This document shows, piece after piece, positions 56,394-64,000 of a DNA stretch of 64,000 bases. Made by a program: the position numbers and the translations under genes. How positions within the stretch are numbered: the first letter of the stretch is position 1; each line of letters begins with the position of its first letter. The stretch is from Myxococcota bacterium (GTDB lineage Bacteria > Myxococcota_A > UBA796 > UBA2385): assembly GCA_044344255.1 (NCBI GenBank), contig JBIJDH010000001.1, positions 512,001-576,000 on the forward strand, read 5' to 3'. The notes under the pieces were generated by a model. The model was not told the origin of the DNA and ran no database searches. It saw only the letters and a program-made list of their open reading frames with translations.

Positions 56394-57091
56394 TGCTCAC
56401 CCTGGCCCTGCTGCTCTCCCTCGCCCAGGCCTCCCCCAAGGAGGACCTCCGGGCCGCCGCCAACGCCGAGCTCCCGGAGGCGGCGCGGATGGAGGCCTTC
56501 GACAGGCTCGTGCGCACCGGCCTCACCGACATCGCCTGGGTCTCCGAGGTGGCCGCCACCGACAAGGCCGAAGCCCGCGAGCGCTGGGTGGCGGTGCGGG
56601 TGCTCGGTAAGGTCGGCGGAGACCGCGCCAAGAACCAGCTCGTGGCCCTGCTCTCCGACGACATGCCCGCGATGCGCGCCGCCGCCGCTCAGTCGCTCGG
56701 TGACCTCGGCGAGGCCCGCCAGGCGCAGGCCCTCACCCCGCTCCTCCGAGACCCCGCCCTGATCGTGCGGGCCGCCGCCGCAGAGGCGCTCGGAAAGCTG
56801 CGTGACCCCGTCGCCGTCGCCCCCCTCGGGGAGGCGCTGAGCGCCCGCGACAACTACTACCGGGGCAGCAGCCTCTGGGTTCGCCGGCACTACGTCAAGG
56901 CCCTCGGGCAGATCGGCAGCCGCAAGGCGGTGCCCACCCTGGTCCGCTGCCTCGATGACGCCGACGAGGCCGTCGCCAGCGAGGCCGTCCTCGCCTTCGA
57001 GGGCATCGCCGGCTTCGACTACCGCGAGGGTCGCGAGCTGGGCGAGCAGAAGGCCGCCTGGCGGCGCTGGGCAAGCGCGCAGGGCAAGTGA
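56390..57091 (+). CDS. Exported HEAT-repeat protein
   Basis: ATGA overlap; signal peptide AQA; repeats RAAAAQSLG, VRAAAAEALG, VRRHYVKALG. Confidence 0.85.
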   Translation: MMLTLALLLSLAQASPKEDLRAAANAELPEAARMEAFDRLVRTGLTDIAWVSEVAATDKAEARERWVAVRVLGKVGGDRAKNQLVALLSDDMPAMRAAAAQSLGDLGEARQAQALTPLLRDPALIVRAAAAEALGKLRDPVAVAPLGEALSARDNYYRGSSLWVRRHYVKALGQIGSRKAVPTLVRCLDDADEAVASEAVLAFEGIAGFDYREGRELGEQKAAWRRWASAQGK

Positions 57092-57115
57092 CACGGCCGC
57101 GTCCCGGAGCGCGCC

Positions 57116-58686
57116 TCAGCCGGCGGTGAGGATCCCGAGGTGGGCGAGGCGGGCGAGCCCCTCTTCCTCAAAGGTCTGGCAGGTCTGCTGGAGCAGCGAC
57201 CGGCGCGCCGAGGCCTCTGTGACCGGTCGACCCTCGACCTGGAGCGTCCGCCCGGTGCCCAGCAGGCGGGCCTCCACCCGATCGACCAGGCCGGCAAGGC
57301 CCCCGCGCACCCGCTCGTCGAGGAGGCCTGCCTCGAGGTCGGTCAGCAGCTCGCCGTTCCCCGTGAAGGGGGAGGCCAGCACCACCGGGGCGCCCCCCAC
57401 GCCTCCCCGCGGACGCGGTGGCGGTTGAGGGCCCCGGGGAGGGAGACCCGCTCGGGCCGCTGGCTCCACAGGGGGCGCGCGCGCGGCGCCACGGGCTGGG
57501 CGGACACCTCGAAGAGCCCCATCGCCACGCCGATGTCGAGGTCAGCCACGAGCTCGGCGACGCCACGTCTGGCGAGGGCGGGGTCGCCCACGAGGTCTGA
57601 AAGGCGAAGGCTGCCGGCCTCGCCCAGGCGGGCCAGGAGGCGCTCGTAGATCGGCCCGGCGGCCGTGGCGGTGACCACACCGAAGGTCGCGCGGTGCGGG
57701 AGCCCGAGGTTCGGGCGCGCGACCCGGTACCAGAGGTCATCGGCCTCGCGGAGGCGGGCGGAGGGCTCCGTCATCCTCCGTGGCGCGCGCCCAAAGATGT
57801 CCCAGCGGAAGGACGTGTTCAGGCACAGGTCCTTCTCCGCCTCGATCGTGAGCCGATCGGCCCCCACAGGGAAGGTCGGGCGCAGCTCTGGGCGCAGACA
57901 GAGCCCGAGCGAGTTGGTGTGCAGGGGGAGGCTGCCGACAAAAGAGAGCCCGGCGCCCCCGAAGGCATCCGCCACCTCCCGGAAGTAGAAGCTCGCCCAG
58001 TGTTCGTTCAGGAACTCGTGACCGACGTAGCGCGGATCGGCCTTCTCGATGAAGTCCAGGTAGGCGCCAGCCCGAGGGTTCTCTTCGAAGTAGGCGGCGC
58101 GGCCGTCGCGTAAGGCCCGCAGGTGCCCGATGGCCGCGCGGATCTGCTGCACCGGGCCGCCGGGGGTGGTGGCAGCGTGCTGCCGGAACACCTGCCGGAA
58201 GGGCTGCAAGTGGGACCAGCCGGGCATCGTGTTGTAGCTCAGCAGGAGGAGCCCCCCCTCCGCGAGGCGACGCTCGGCGAAAGCCAGGATCTGCGCCCGC
58301 ACCCTCGGCCCGACCCAGCTCCAGACCCCGTGAAGGGTGATGAAGTCAAAGCGGCCCAGGTCCTCAGGGACCGCATCAAAGCCAGCGGTGACGACCTGCA
58401 CGTTTCGAAGCTCCCCTGCCTCGATCTCTCGACCGGCGGCCCGGGTGTGCTCGGCGAGGAGGTCCACCCCGACAAATTGACCCTGGGGGTTGGCGGCGGC
58501 CAGCGTGCAGAGGGAGCGCCCCGTCCCGCAGCCGAGCTCGATGTACCGGAACCCGCTGGCGCTGCGCGGCGGGATCACCCCGTTGACCAGCGCCGCGTAG
58601 CGGATCGCCAGGGGGGCCTGGGTCGGCTGGTACGTCGGCAGGTACGGGAGGTCGGTGAGGTAGCCGTCCGAGCGCAGGTCCGACAC
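57116..58686 (-). pseudogene. Methyltransferase with methyltransferase-regulatory domain, frameshifted near 57393-57398
   Basis: GTG 58686: GYLTDLPY, IELGCGTG, DFITLHGVWSWV, SYNTMPGW, YVGHEFLN, SFRWDIF. The family-like C-terminus (VLASPFTG..LAHLGI) is in another frame, and one extra G rejoins the two. Confidence 0.7.
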
Positions 58687-58754
58687 GGGGATCCTCGGGG
58701 TGGGCAGGGGTTCGCGTGGGCGAGCGCTCCAGGACGATCGCGCCGGAGCCTCGT

Positions 58755-59507
58755 TCAGCGGGTGACCTGCAGCTTCAGCACGCTGCGCCCGATGCCCACG
58801 GTGTCGCCGGCGCGGAGGCGAGCCACGTCGACCTTGCGGCCGTTGTGGTAGGTCCCGTTCGTGCTGCCGAGGTCGCGCAGGAAGATCATCTCGCGCCCGA
58901 AGACCTCGATGACCGCGTGTCGGCGCGAGACCTCGACGTCCGAGAGCGGGATCTCTCCCGTCTTCCGGCCCACCGTGACGTTGCCGCGCGTGAACCGGAA
59001 GACCTTCCCGGCGTCGGTGCCAGCCACACACTCGAGCACGGCGTGCATGCCAGGCGGGAGGCGGAGGTCCTGGTCGACCACGTCGGCGGGGGTGCGGGTG
59101 CGGTCGGGGGAGCCTTGGAGCTCCACCAGCTCCTCATCGAGCAGCCAAGCGATCTCGACCTGGGAGGGGCGGTCGGCGGGGGACAGGGCGGGCTCGGCGG
59201 CCGGGGCCTCGTTGGCGCCCACGAAGAGCACGAGCCGGCTGTTGCCGATCGAGATCTCGGCGCCGGGCCGCAGCGCGAGCTCCCGCACGAGGCGCCCATC
59301 GACCAGCGTGCCGTTGGTGCTGCCGAGGTCTTGGATGATCCAGCCGTCATCCTTGGGCAGGATCTGGGCGTGAGTGCTGCTCACGAGCGGATCGTCGATG
59401 AGCAGGTCACCCCGCTTGCGGCCGATGACGAGCGGCCCGTCGGCCGGCAGCGGGACGTTGAGCCCCTGGCGGCCCCCGGCGACCACCTTGAGGAAGGCCG
59501 AGGCCAT
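58755..59507 (-). CDS. Tandem FHA-domain protein
   Basis: Two copies of GR..D..VS..HA..DLGSTNGT. Confidence 0.92.
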   Translation of the reverse strand: MASAFLKVVAGGRQGLNVPLPADGPLVIGRKRGDLLIDDPLVSSTHAQILPKDDGWIIQDLGSTNGTLVDGRLVRELALRPGAEISIGNSRLVLFVGANEAPAAEPALSPADRPSQVEIAWLLDEELVELQGSPDRTRTPADVVDQDLRLPPGMHAVLECVAGTDAGKVFRFTRGNVTVGRKTGEIPLSDVEVSRRHAVIEVFGREMIFLRDLGSTNGTYHNGRKVDVARLRAGDTVGIGRSVLKLQVTR

Positions 59508-60466
59508 CAGGCCGACCGCGCGGCGCGGGCGGGCCGGGACCGTTGACCCTTGTGGTAGAGGTGGTATCGCCCGCTGAGCTCCCGCCCCAGCGCCGCTCCG
59601 AGCGCGACGCCGGCCTCGGCGAGGGCGCCGAGGTCGACCCCGGTGGAGACCCCCATCGCCTCGAAGAGGTGGACCACATCATCGGTGGCCGCGTTCCCAG
59701 ACGCCCCGGGAGCGTAGGGGCAGCCGCCCACGCCGGCCACCGAGCCGTCAAACGTTCGCACCCCGGCCTCAAAGCCGGCGTAGATATTGGCCAGCGCCGT
59801 CCCTCGCGTGTCGTGCATGTGCAGCCCGATCTGCGAGACCGGCACGCCTGCGGCCCGAAGGTCGTCGATGACCGCGCGCACGAGGCGGGGGTTGCCCATG
59901 CCCGTGGTGTCGCCGAGCGCGACCTCGTCGGCCCCGGCGCCGAGCAGGGCGAGGCAGAGCTCCCGCGTGCTGCGGATCGAGACCTCCCCCTCATAAGGGC
60001 AGCCGAAGACCGTGGAGATGTAGGCGCGCACCCGCATCCCGTCGGCCTTGGCGAGGCGGATCACCTCGTCTTGCGCGGCGAGGCTCTCCTGGCGGGTGCG
60101 GTTCAGGTTCTTCTGGTTGTGGGTCTCGCTGGCGCTCATGAAGGTGGCCACGTCACGGATGCCCGTCTCCATGGCCCGCTCGAGGCCGCGGCTGTTCGGC
60201 ACCAGCGCCCAGTAGCGCACGCCCTCGGCCACCGGGAGCCGGCTGATGAGCTCGGCGGCGTCTGCGAGCTGCGGGATCCACGAGGGGCGGACGAAGCTCG
60301 TCACCTCGATGTCCTGCAGCCCAGCCTCCACGAGGGCCTGGATGAGCGCCACCTTGTCGTCGGTGGAGACCAGCGTGGGCTCGTTCTGGAGGCCGTCCCG
60401 CGGCGAGACCTCGTAGATTCGGACCGAGGCCCCAGGTGACGCCGAGGACGAGTGAAGGGTGCTCAT
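59507..60466 (-). CDS. hmgL: Hydroxymethylglutaryl-CoA lyase
   Basis: PRDGLQNE, FGCPYEG, LGDT.G, HMHDTRG, GGCPYAPGASGN. Confidence 0.92.
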   Translation of the reverse strand: MSTLHSSSASPGASVRIYEVSPRDGLQNEPTLVSTDDKVALIQALVEAGLQDIEVTSFVRPSWIPQLADAAELISRLPVAEGVRYWALVPNSRGLERAMETGIRDVATFMSASETHNQKNLNRTRQESLAAQDEVIRLAKADGMRVRAYISTVFGCPYEGEVSIRSTRELCLALLGAGADEVALGDTTGMGNPRLVRAVIDDLRAAGVPVSQIGLHMHDTRGTALANIYAGFEAGVRTFDGSVAGVGGCPYAPGASGNAATDDVVHLFEAMGVSTGVDLGALAEAGVALGAALGRELSGRYHLYHKGQRSRPARAARSA

Positions 60467-60518
60467 GTCGAAGCCCTCAGGTTGAGCCTATCACAGGCCT
60501 CGCCGACGAACAGCCGCT

Positions 60519-61442
60519 TCAACGCCGCTGGCCGATGAGGCGGATGAGCACGGCCTTCTGGGCGTGCAGCCGGTTCTCGGCCTGGTCAAAGATGACCGAC
60601 TGAGGCCCATCGATGACCTCGGCGGAGACCTCCTCTCCGCGGTGGGCGGGGAGGCAGTGGAGGAAGATGGCCGTCGGCTTGGCGTGGGCCATCAGGGCCT
60701 GGTTGACCTCGAAGCCGGCGAAGCGCTGGACGCGCTCCTCTCGCTCTTCCTCCTGGCCCATCGAAGCCCAGACGTCGGTGTAGACGACGTCGGCGTCGGC
60801 CACCGCGGCGATGGGGTCTTCGGTGATCAGCACCGAGCCGCCGCTGCCCGCCGCGATCTCGCGGGCCTGGGTGACGATGTCAGCGTCGGGCGCGTAGCCG
60901 CGGGGGTGACCCACCGCGACCGACATGCCCATCTTCGTGCCCCCGAAGAGGATCGAGTGCGCCATGTTGTTGCCGTCGCCGATGTAGGCCATCTTGAGCC
61001 CGGCGATGCGGCCGAACTTCTCCTCGATGGTCTGGAGGTCAGCGAGCACCTGACAGGGGTGCAGCAGGTCAGACAGGGCGTTGATGACCGGCACCGTGCC
61101 GTAGCGGGCGAGGTCAATCACGTCGCTGTGGGCATAAACGCGGGCCATGATGCCGTGGACCATGCGCGACAACACCCGAGCGGTGTCGGCGATGGACTCC
61201 CCCCGGTGGAGCTGGATGTCCTTCGGGCCCAGGTAGATGGCCTGACCGCCGAGCTGGTACATGCCCGTCTCGAAGCTCACGCGCGTGCGCAGCGAGGGCT
61301 TCTGGAAGATCATGGCGAGGGTCTTCCCGGCGCAGGCCGTGCGGAAGCCGTCGGGGTTGAGCTTCACCATGCGGGCGAGATCAAGGTAGGCCCTGAGCTC
61401 TTCGGCGGAGTGGTCAGCGAGGGAAAGGAAGTGGCGGTTCAT
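60519..61442 (-). CDS. argF: Ornithine carbamoyltransferase
   Basis: KPSLRTRVSF, HPCQ, GDGNN, DVWASMG, HCLPAHRG, QAENRLH. Confidence 0.92.
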   Translation of the reverse strand: MNRHFLSLADHSAEELRAYLDLARMVKLNPDGFRTACAGKTLAMIFQKPSLRTRVSFETGMYQLGGQAIYLGPKDIQLHRGESIADTARVLSRMVHGIMARVYAHSDVIDLARYGTVPVINALSDLLHPCQVLADLQTIEEKFGRIAGLKMAYIGDGNNMAHSILFGGTKMGMSVAVGHPRGYAPDADIVTQAREIAAGSGGSVLITEDPIAAVADADVVYTDVWASMGQEEEREERVQRFAGFEVNQALMAHAKPTAIFLHCLPAHRGEEVSAEVIDGPQSVIFDQAENRLHAQKAVLIRLIGQRR

Positions 61443-61512
61443 CGGGCCCCCGAGCGAGACGGCGCTGAGGCCCCCCTCTAGCGCGGAGCGCACAGCCCGG
61501 GAAGCCCCCTTC

Positions 61513-62349
61513 TTAGGCGGCGGCCGGCTTCCCCGCCGCGACCGGGCCGACGCCCCAGCGCAGGAGCAGGCCGCCCGGCACACCGAAGAAGATCGCCCCC
61601 AGCGCCGCGCCGAGGGCGGCGGTGCCGTTGACATGGGGGGTCAGCGCCGAGAGGGACAGCGCGCCGAGGGCGACCGCGACCGAGACGGGGATCACCGTGT
61701 GACTGCGCTGCTTGCCCCTCCCGTCCACCACGGCGGCCAGCACAGCGAGCGCGACGCCCGCGATCTGGACGAAGCCGGCGCTCGGGAGGGCCCCCACCAC
61801 CGAGACCTCGACGGGCGTGCCCACGAGGTCGCCCTCTTCACTCTCCAGGCGGAGGGTGAGCGCGCGGTCGTCGGCGCGGCTGGGCAGGTCAATGCGCTCC
61901 TCGGTGTGCACCATTCGCTCGAGGCTGGTGCCCGCCCCCTTCCGCCCGGTGCGATGGGCCTCCCAATGTTCGTCGAAGCTGCCCCGGTGATCGAGCACCT
62001 TCTCCCCATCGGCGAGGACAGTGAGGTGGAACTTGCCGGAGACGCTCTCTCCGGCCTCCGGGCTCGGCAGCTCGGCCCGCACCAGCAGCGCCCGCCCGCT
62101 GCCCGCCTCGACCGCGAGCGGCGCCGCCCCGACCTGGAGTGAGGCGGTGGCAGCGACCGGGCCCGGCTCGAGCACCCGGTAGACGAGGCCCATGGAGAGC
62201 GAGAAGCTGAGGAAGATCAACACGCCGCCCGCGGGGCGCGTCGCCGCCGTGGTGTTGCGCTGCCAGTCCCACAGCCCGAAGGTGAGCACCACCGCGAAGA
62301 CGAGGAGCAGCACCACCAAGGGCGGGAGGCTAGCGGCGAGCTGATTCAT
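61513..62349 (-). CDS. Hypothetical membrane protein (2 TM, soluble beta domain, 3 TM)
   Basis: Hydrophobicity pattern only. Confidence 0.6.
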   Translation of the reverse strand: MNQLAASLPPLVVLLLVFAVVLTFGLWDWQRNTTAATRPAGGVLIFLSFSLSMGLVYRVLEPGPVAATASLQVGAAPLAVEAGSGRALLVRAELPSPEAGESVSGKFHLTVLADGEKVLDHRGSFDEHWEAHRTGRKGAGTSLERMVHTEERIDLPSRADDRALTLRLESEEGDLVGTPVEVSVVGALPSAGFVQIAGVALAVLAAVVDGRGKQRSHTVIPVSVAVALGALSLSALTPHVNGTAALGAALGAIFFGVPGGLLLRWGVGPVAAGKPAAA

Positions 62350-62457
62350 GCGCGTCTCGGGGAAGGTCGGGTACTACACCCGAGGGTGCCCGTCGATGCC
62401 ACACCGGCGGGCGCCGCCCAACTTTTGACCAGACGAACACCCGGCCGGCGCCGAACG

Positions 62458-62489
62458 GAATAGGACTCCGCGAGAATAGGACGCCGCGA
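62458..62489 (+). repeat. 16-bp direct repeat x2 upstream of the kinase
   Basis: GAATAGGACTCCGCGA followed by GAATAGGACGCCGCGA. Confidence 0.85.
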
Positions 62490-62501
62490 AGGGGCCCCGT
62501 C

Positions 62502-63485
62502 GTGGATTCGCTCAAGCCGGGACAGATCATCGGTGACTACGAGGTGCTGGAGCTCCTGGGCGTCGGCGGCATCGCGCGTGTATACCGGGTCCGGCACACC
62601 AAGACCGGCGACGAGCAGGCCATCAAGGTGCTCAACGAGCGGCGGGGAGACCTCGAGGACCGGCTGCGCCAGGAGGGTCGGGTCCAGTCCCGGCTCCAGC
62701 ACCCGAACATCGTGCGCGTGACCGGCATGTTCGACCACGAGGGCTCTCCGGTGCTCGTGATGGAGTACGTCCGCGGCAAGAACCTGGAGCAGCTCATCGA
62801 GCAGCGCGCGCCGATGCGCTGGTGGGAGGCCCGCCCGATCATCGTCGGCCTGCTCCAGGGAGTCTCGGCGGCGCACGCAGGCGGGGTGCTCCACCGTGAC
62901 CTCAAGCCCGGCAACATCCTCCTCGAAGAGGGCCCCGCCGGCCTCTCCCCCAAGCTCACCGACTTCGGCATCGCCAAGGTGCTCGACGAGGTCGACGCCC
63001 GCGACGGCCGCACGCGGGCCCGCGCCAAGCTCGGGACCCCCGGGTACATGGCCCCCGAGCAGTGGGCCGACGCCGCCAGCGTAGACGGTCGGGCCGACAT
63101 CTTCGCCATCGGCGTCATCCTCTACGAGCTGCTCACCGGAGACCTCCCCTACACGGGCGAGGGGGCCTCGGGCCTGCTCAAGGCGATCTGGGCGGGCCGC
63201 TTCACCCCCCTCGAGACCGCCGCCCCCGATGTGCCCCACCTGATCGCCCAAGGCGTCCACAAGGCCATCCAGCCCGAGCCGCAAGCCCGCTTCACCACCG
63301 CCGACGAGATGCTGGAGGCGCTGGGCGGCCCGATCGTCCCCCCGCCGCAAGACACGGGCAAGGCCTGGTGGCAGATGGGCTGCCTCGCGAGCTCCGCCCT
63401 CGCGCTGAGCATCCTCCTGATGGCGGCGATCTTCGCCGCCTACGCGGTCACCCAGGGCGAAGGGGCGGGGGCCCACCTCCCGTGA
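62502..63485 (+). CDS. Hanks-type Ser/Thr protein kinase with C-terminal TM anchor
   Basis: LGVGG, AIK, HRDLKPGN, DFG, GTPGYMAPE, DIFAIG. Confidence 0.95.
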   Translation: MDSLKPGQIIGDYEVLELLGVGGIARVYRVRHTKTGDEQAIKVLNERRGDLEDRLRQEGRVQSRLQHPNIVRVTGMFDHEGSPVLVMEYVRGKNLEQLIEQRAPMRWWEARPIIVGLLQGVSAAHAGGVLHRDLKPGNILLEEGPAGLSPKLTDFGIAKVLDEVDARDGRTRARAKLGTPGYMAPEQWADAASVDGRADIFAIGVILYELLTGDLPYTGEGASGLLKAIWAGRFTPLETAAPDVPHLIAQGVHKAIQPEPQARFTTADEMLEALGGPIVPPPQDTGKAWWQMGCLASSALALSILLMAAIFAAYAVTQGEGAGAHLP

Positions 63486-63868
63486 GCCGTCTCCGGCTGG
63501 CGTGGGCCGTCCTCTTCGTCACGCTCTGCCTGAGCCCGGGCTGCACGCGGAAGGTCCTGCTCCTGAGCAGCCCGCCAGGGGCGGAGGTGCGCTACCGCGG
63601 GCAGACGGTCGGCGTCACGCCGGTCGAGCTCAAGGTGCCGGGCATCCCGGGGCGCCGAACCGCCCGCCTCAGCGCCAACGGCTACCGCACCGTCGAGGTC
63701 AACCTCGGCAATGATCTGCGCCCCCGCTACTTCCTCGGTGACCTGCTCTGGCCACCCCGCTGGAGGCGCCTCGTGGGGGTAGAGGCGCGCAGCCACGAGG
63801 TCATCCTGGTGCCCCGCCACGGCCGCGCCGGAACCTGGACCCCCGACGACGTCGAGGCCTCGAACTAA
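63482..63868 (+). CDS. PEGA-domain lipoprotein
   Basis: GTGA overlap; SPGC lipobox-like; SSPPGAEV..GVTP..GY. Confidence 0.8.
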   Translation: MSRLRLAWAVLFVTLCLSPGCTRKVLLLSSPPGAEVRYRGQTVGVTPVELKVPGIPGRRTARLSANGYRTVEVNLGNDLRPRYFLGDLLWPPRWRRLVGVEARSHEVILVPRHGRAGTWTPDDVEASN

Positions 63869-63999
63869 ACCCCACACATCGGGGCACCGATCGCGCGGGC
63901 CCCGATCGCGCGGGCCAGGGCGGCGAAGAGGGCCCCGTCGAGCAGCTCGGGGTGCCACTGCACGCCGAGACAGAAGCGCCGCCCCGGGTGCTCCACCGC
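63865..63999 (-). CDS. 3' end of a class I glutamine amidotransferase / peptidase C26 (PuuD-like), runs off window end
   Basis: Manual translation AVEHPGRRFCLGVQWHPELLDGALF..*, containing the GVQWHPE signature. Confidence 0.8.
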   Translation of the reverse strand, partial: AVEHPGRRFCLGVQWHPELLDGALFAALARAIGARAIGAPMCGV

Positions 64000-64000
64000 T

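Noticed and set aside
60519..61442. N-acetyl- or succinyl-ornithine transcarbamylase because of SLRT
   Set aside because: The DxxxSMG and HCLPAHRG motifs indicate an ordinary OTCase.
1..64000. tRNA/rRNA genes, IS elements, integrases, prophage
   Set aside because: No such motifs were recognised by eye and intergenic gaps are short; a tRNAscan/Infernal run would be needed to fully exclude small RNAs.

Overview
Very GC-rich bacterial chromosomal segment, probably Myxococcota or a related deltaproteobacterial lineage. This is inferred from a MYXO-CTERM-like tail, Myxococcus-type LexA boxes, and FHA, Ser/Thr kinase and PEGA genes. About 53 genes are densely packed. Housekeeping genes include glgA, truB-like, mnmG-rsmG, an RsmB-family methylase, lpxC, ruvCAB, pbpC, argF, HMG-CoA lyase, acyl-CoA ligase and D-cysteine desulfhydrase. 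They are interleaved with lipoproteins, a thioredoxin-octaheme cytochrome fusion, an orphan motAB pair and a ~2180-aa pseudokinase/ATPase/GAF/His-kinase/REC/adenylate-cyclase hybrid. I saw no rRNA, tRNA, CRISPR array, integrase or transposase. Four signals stand out. (1) An unannotated 23-aa Pro/Lys/Arg-rich peptide has its own promoter, RBS and terminator plus a possible antiterminator, and lies directly upstream of a SAM methyltransferase (40611-40682). (2) A translationally coupled pair of STAND-like ATPases and a small Cys-rich protein sit behind a 16-bp-periodic palindromic operator array (3293-6449). (3) Matching LexA-like boxes overlap the -10 elements of both ruvCAB and a WYL regulator operon. 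(4) A methyltransferase gene is frameshifted at a G6 run. All functional calls come from reading motifs by eye; no searches were run.
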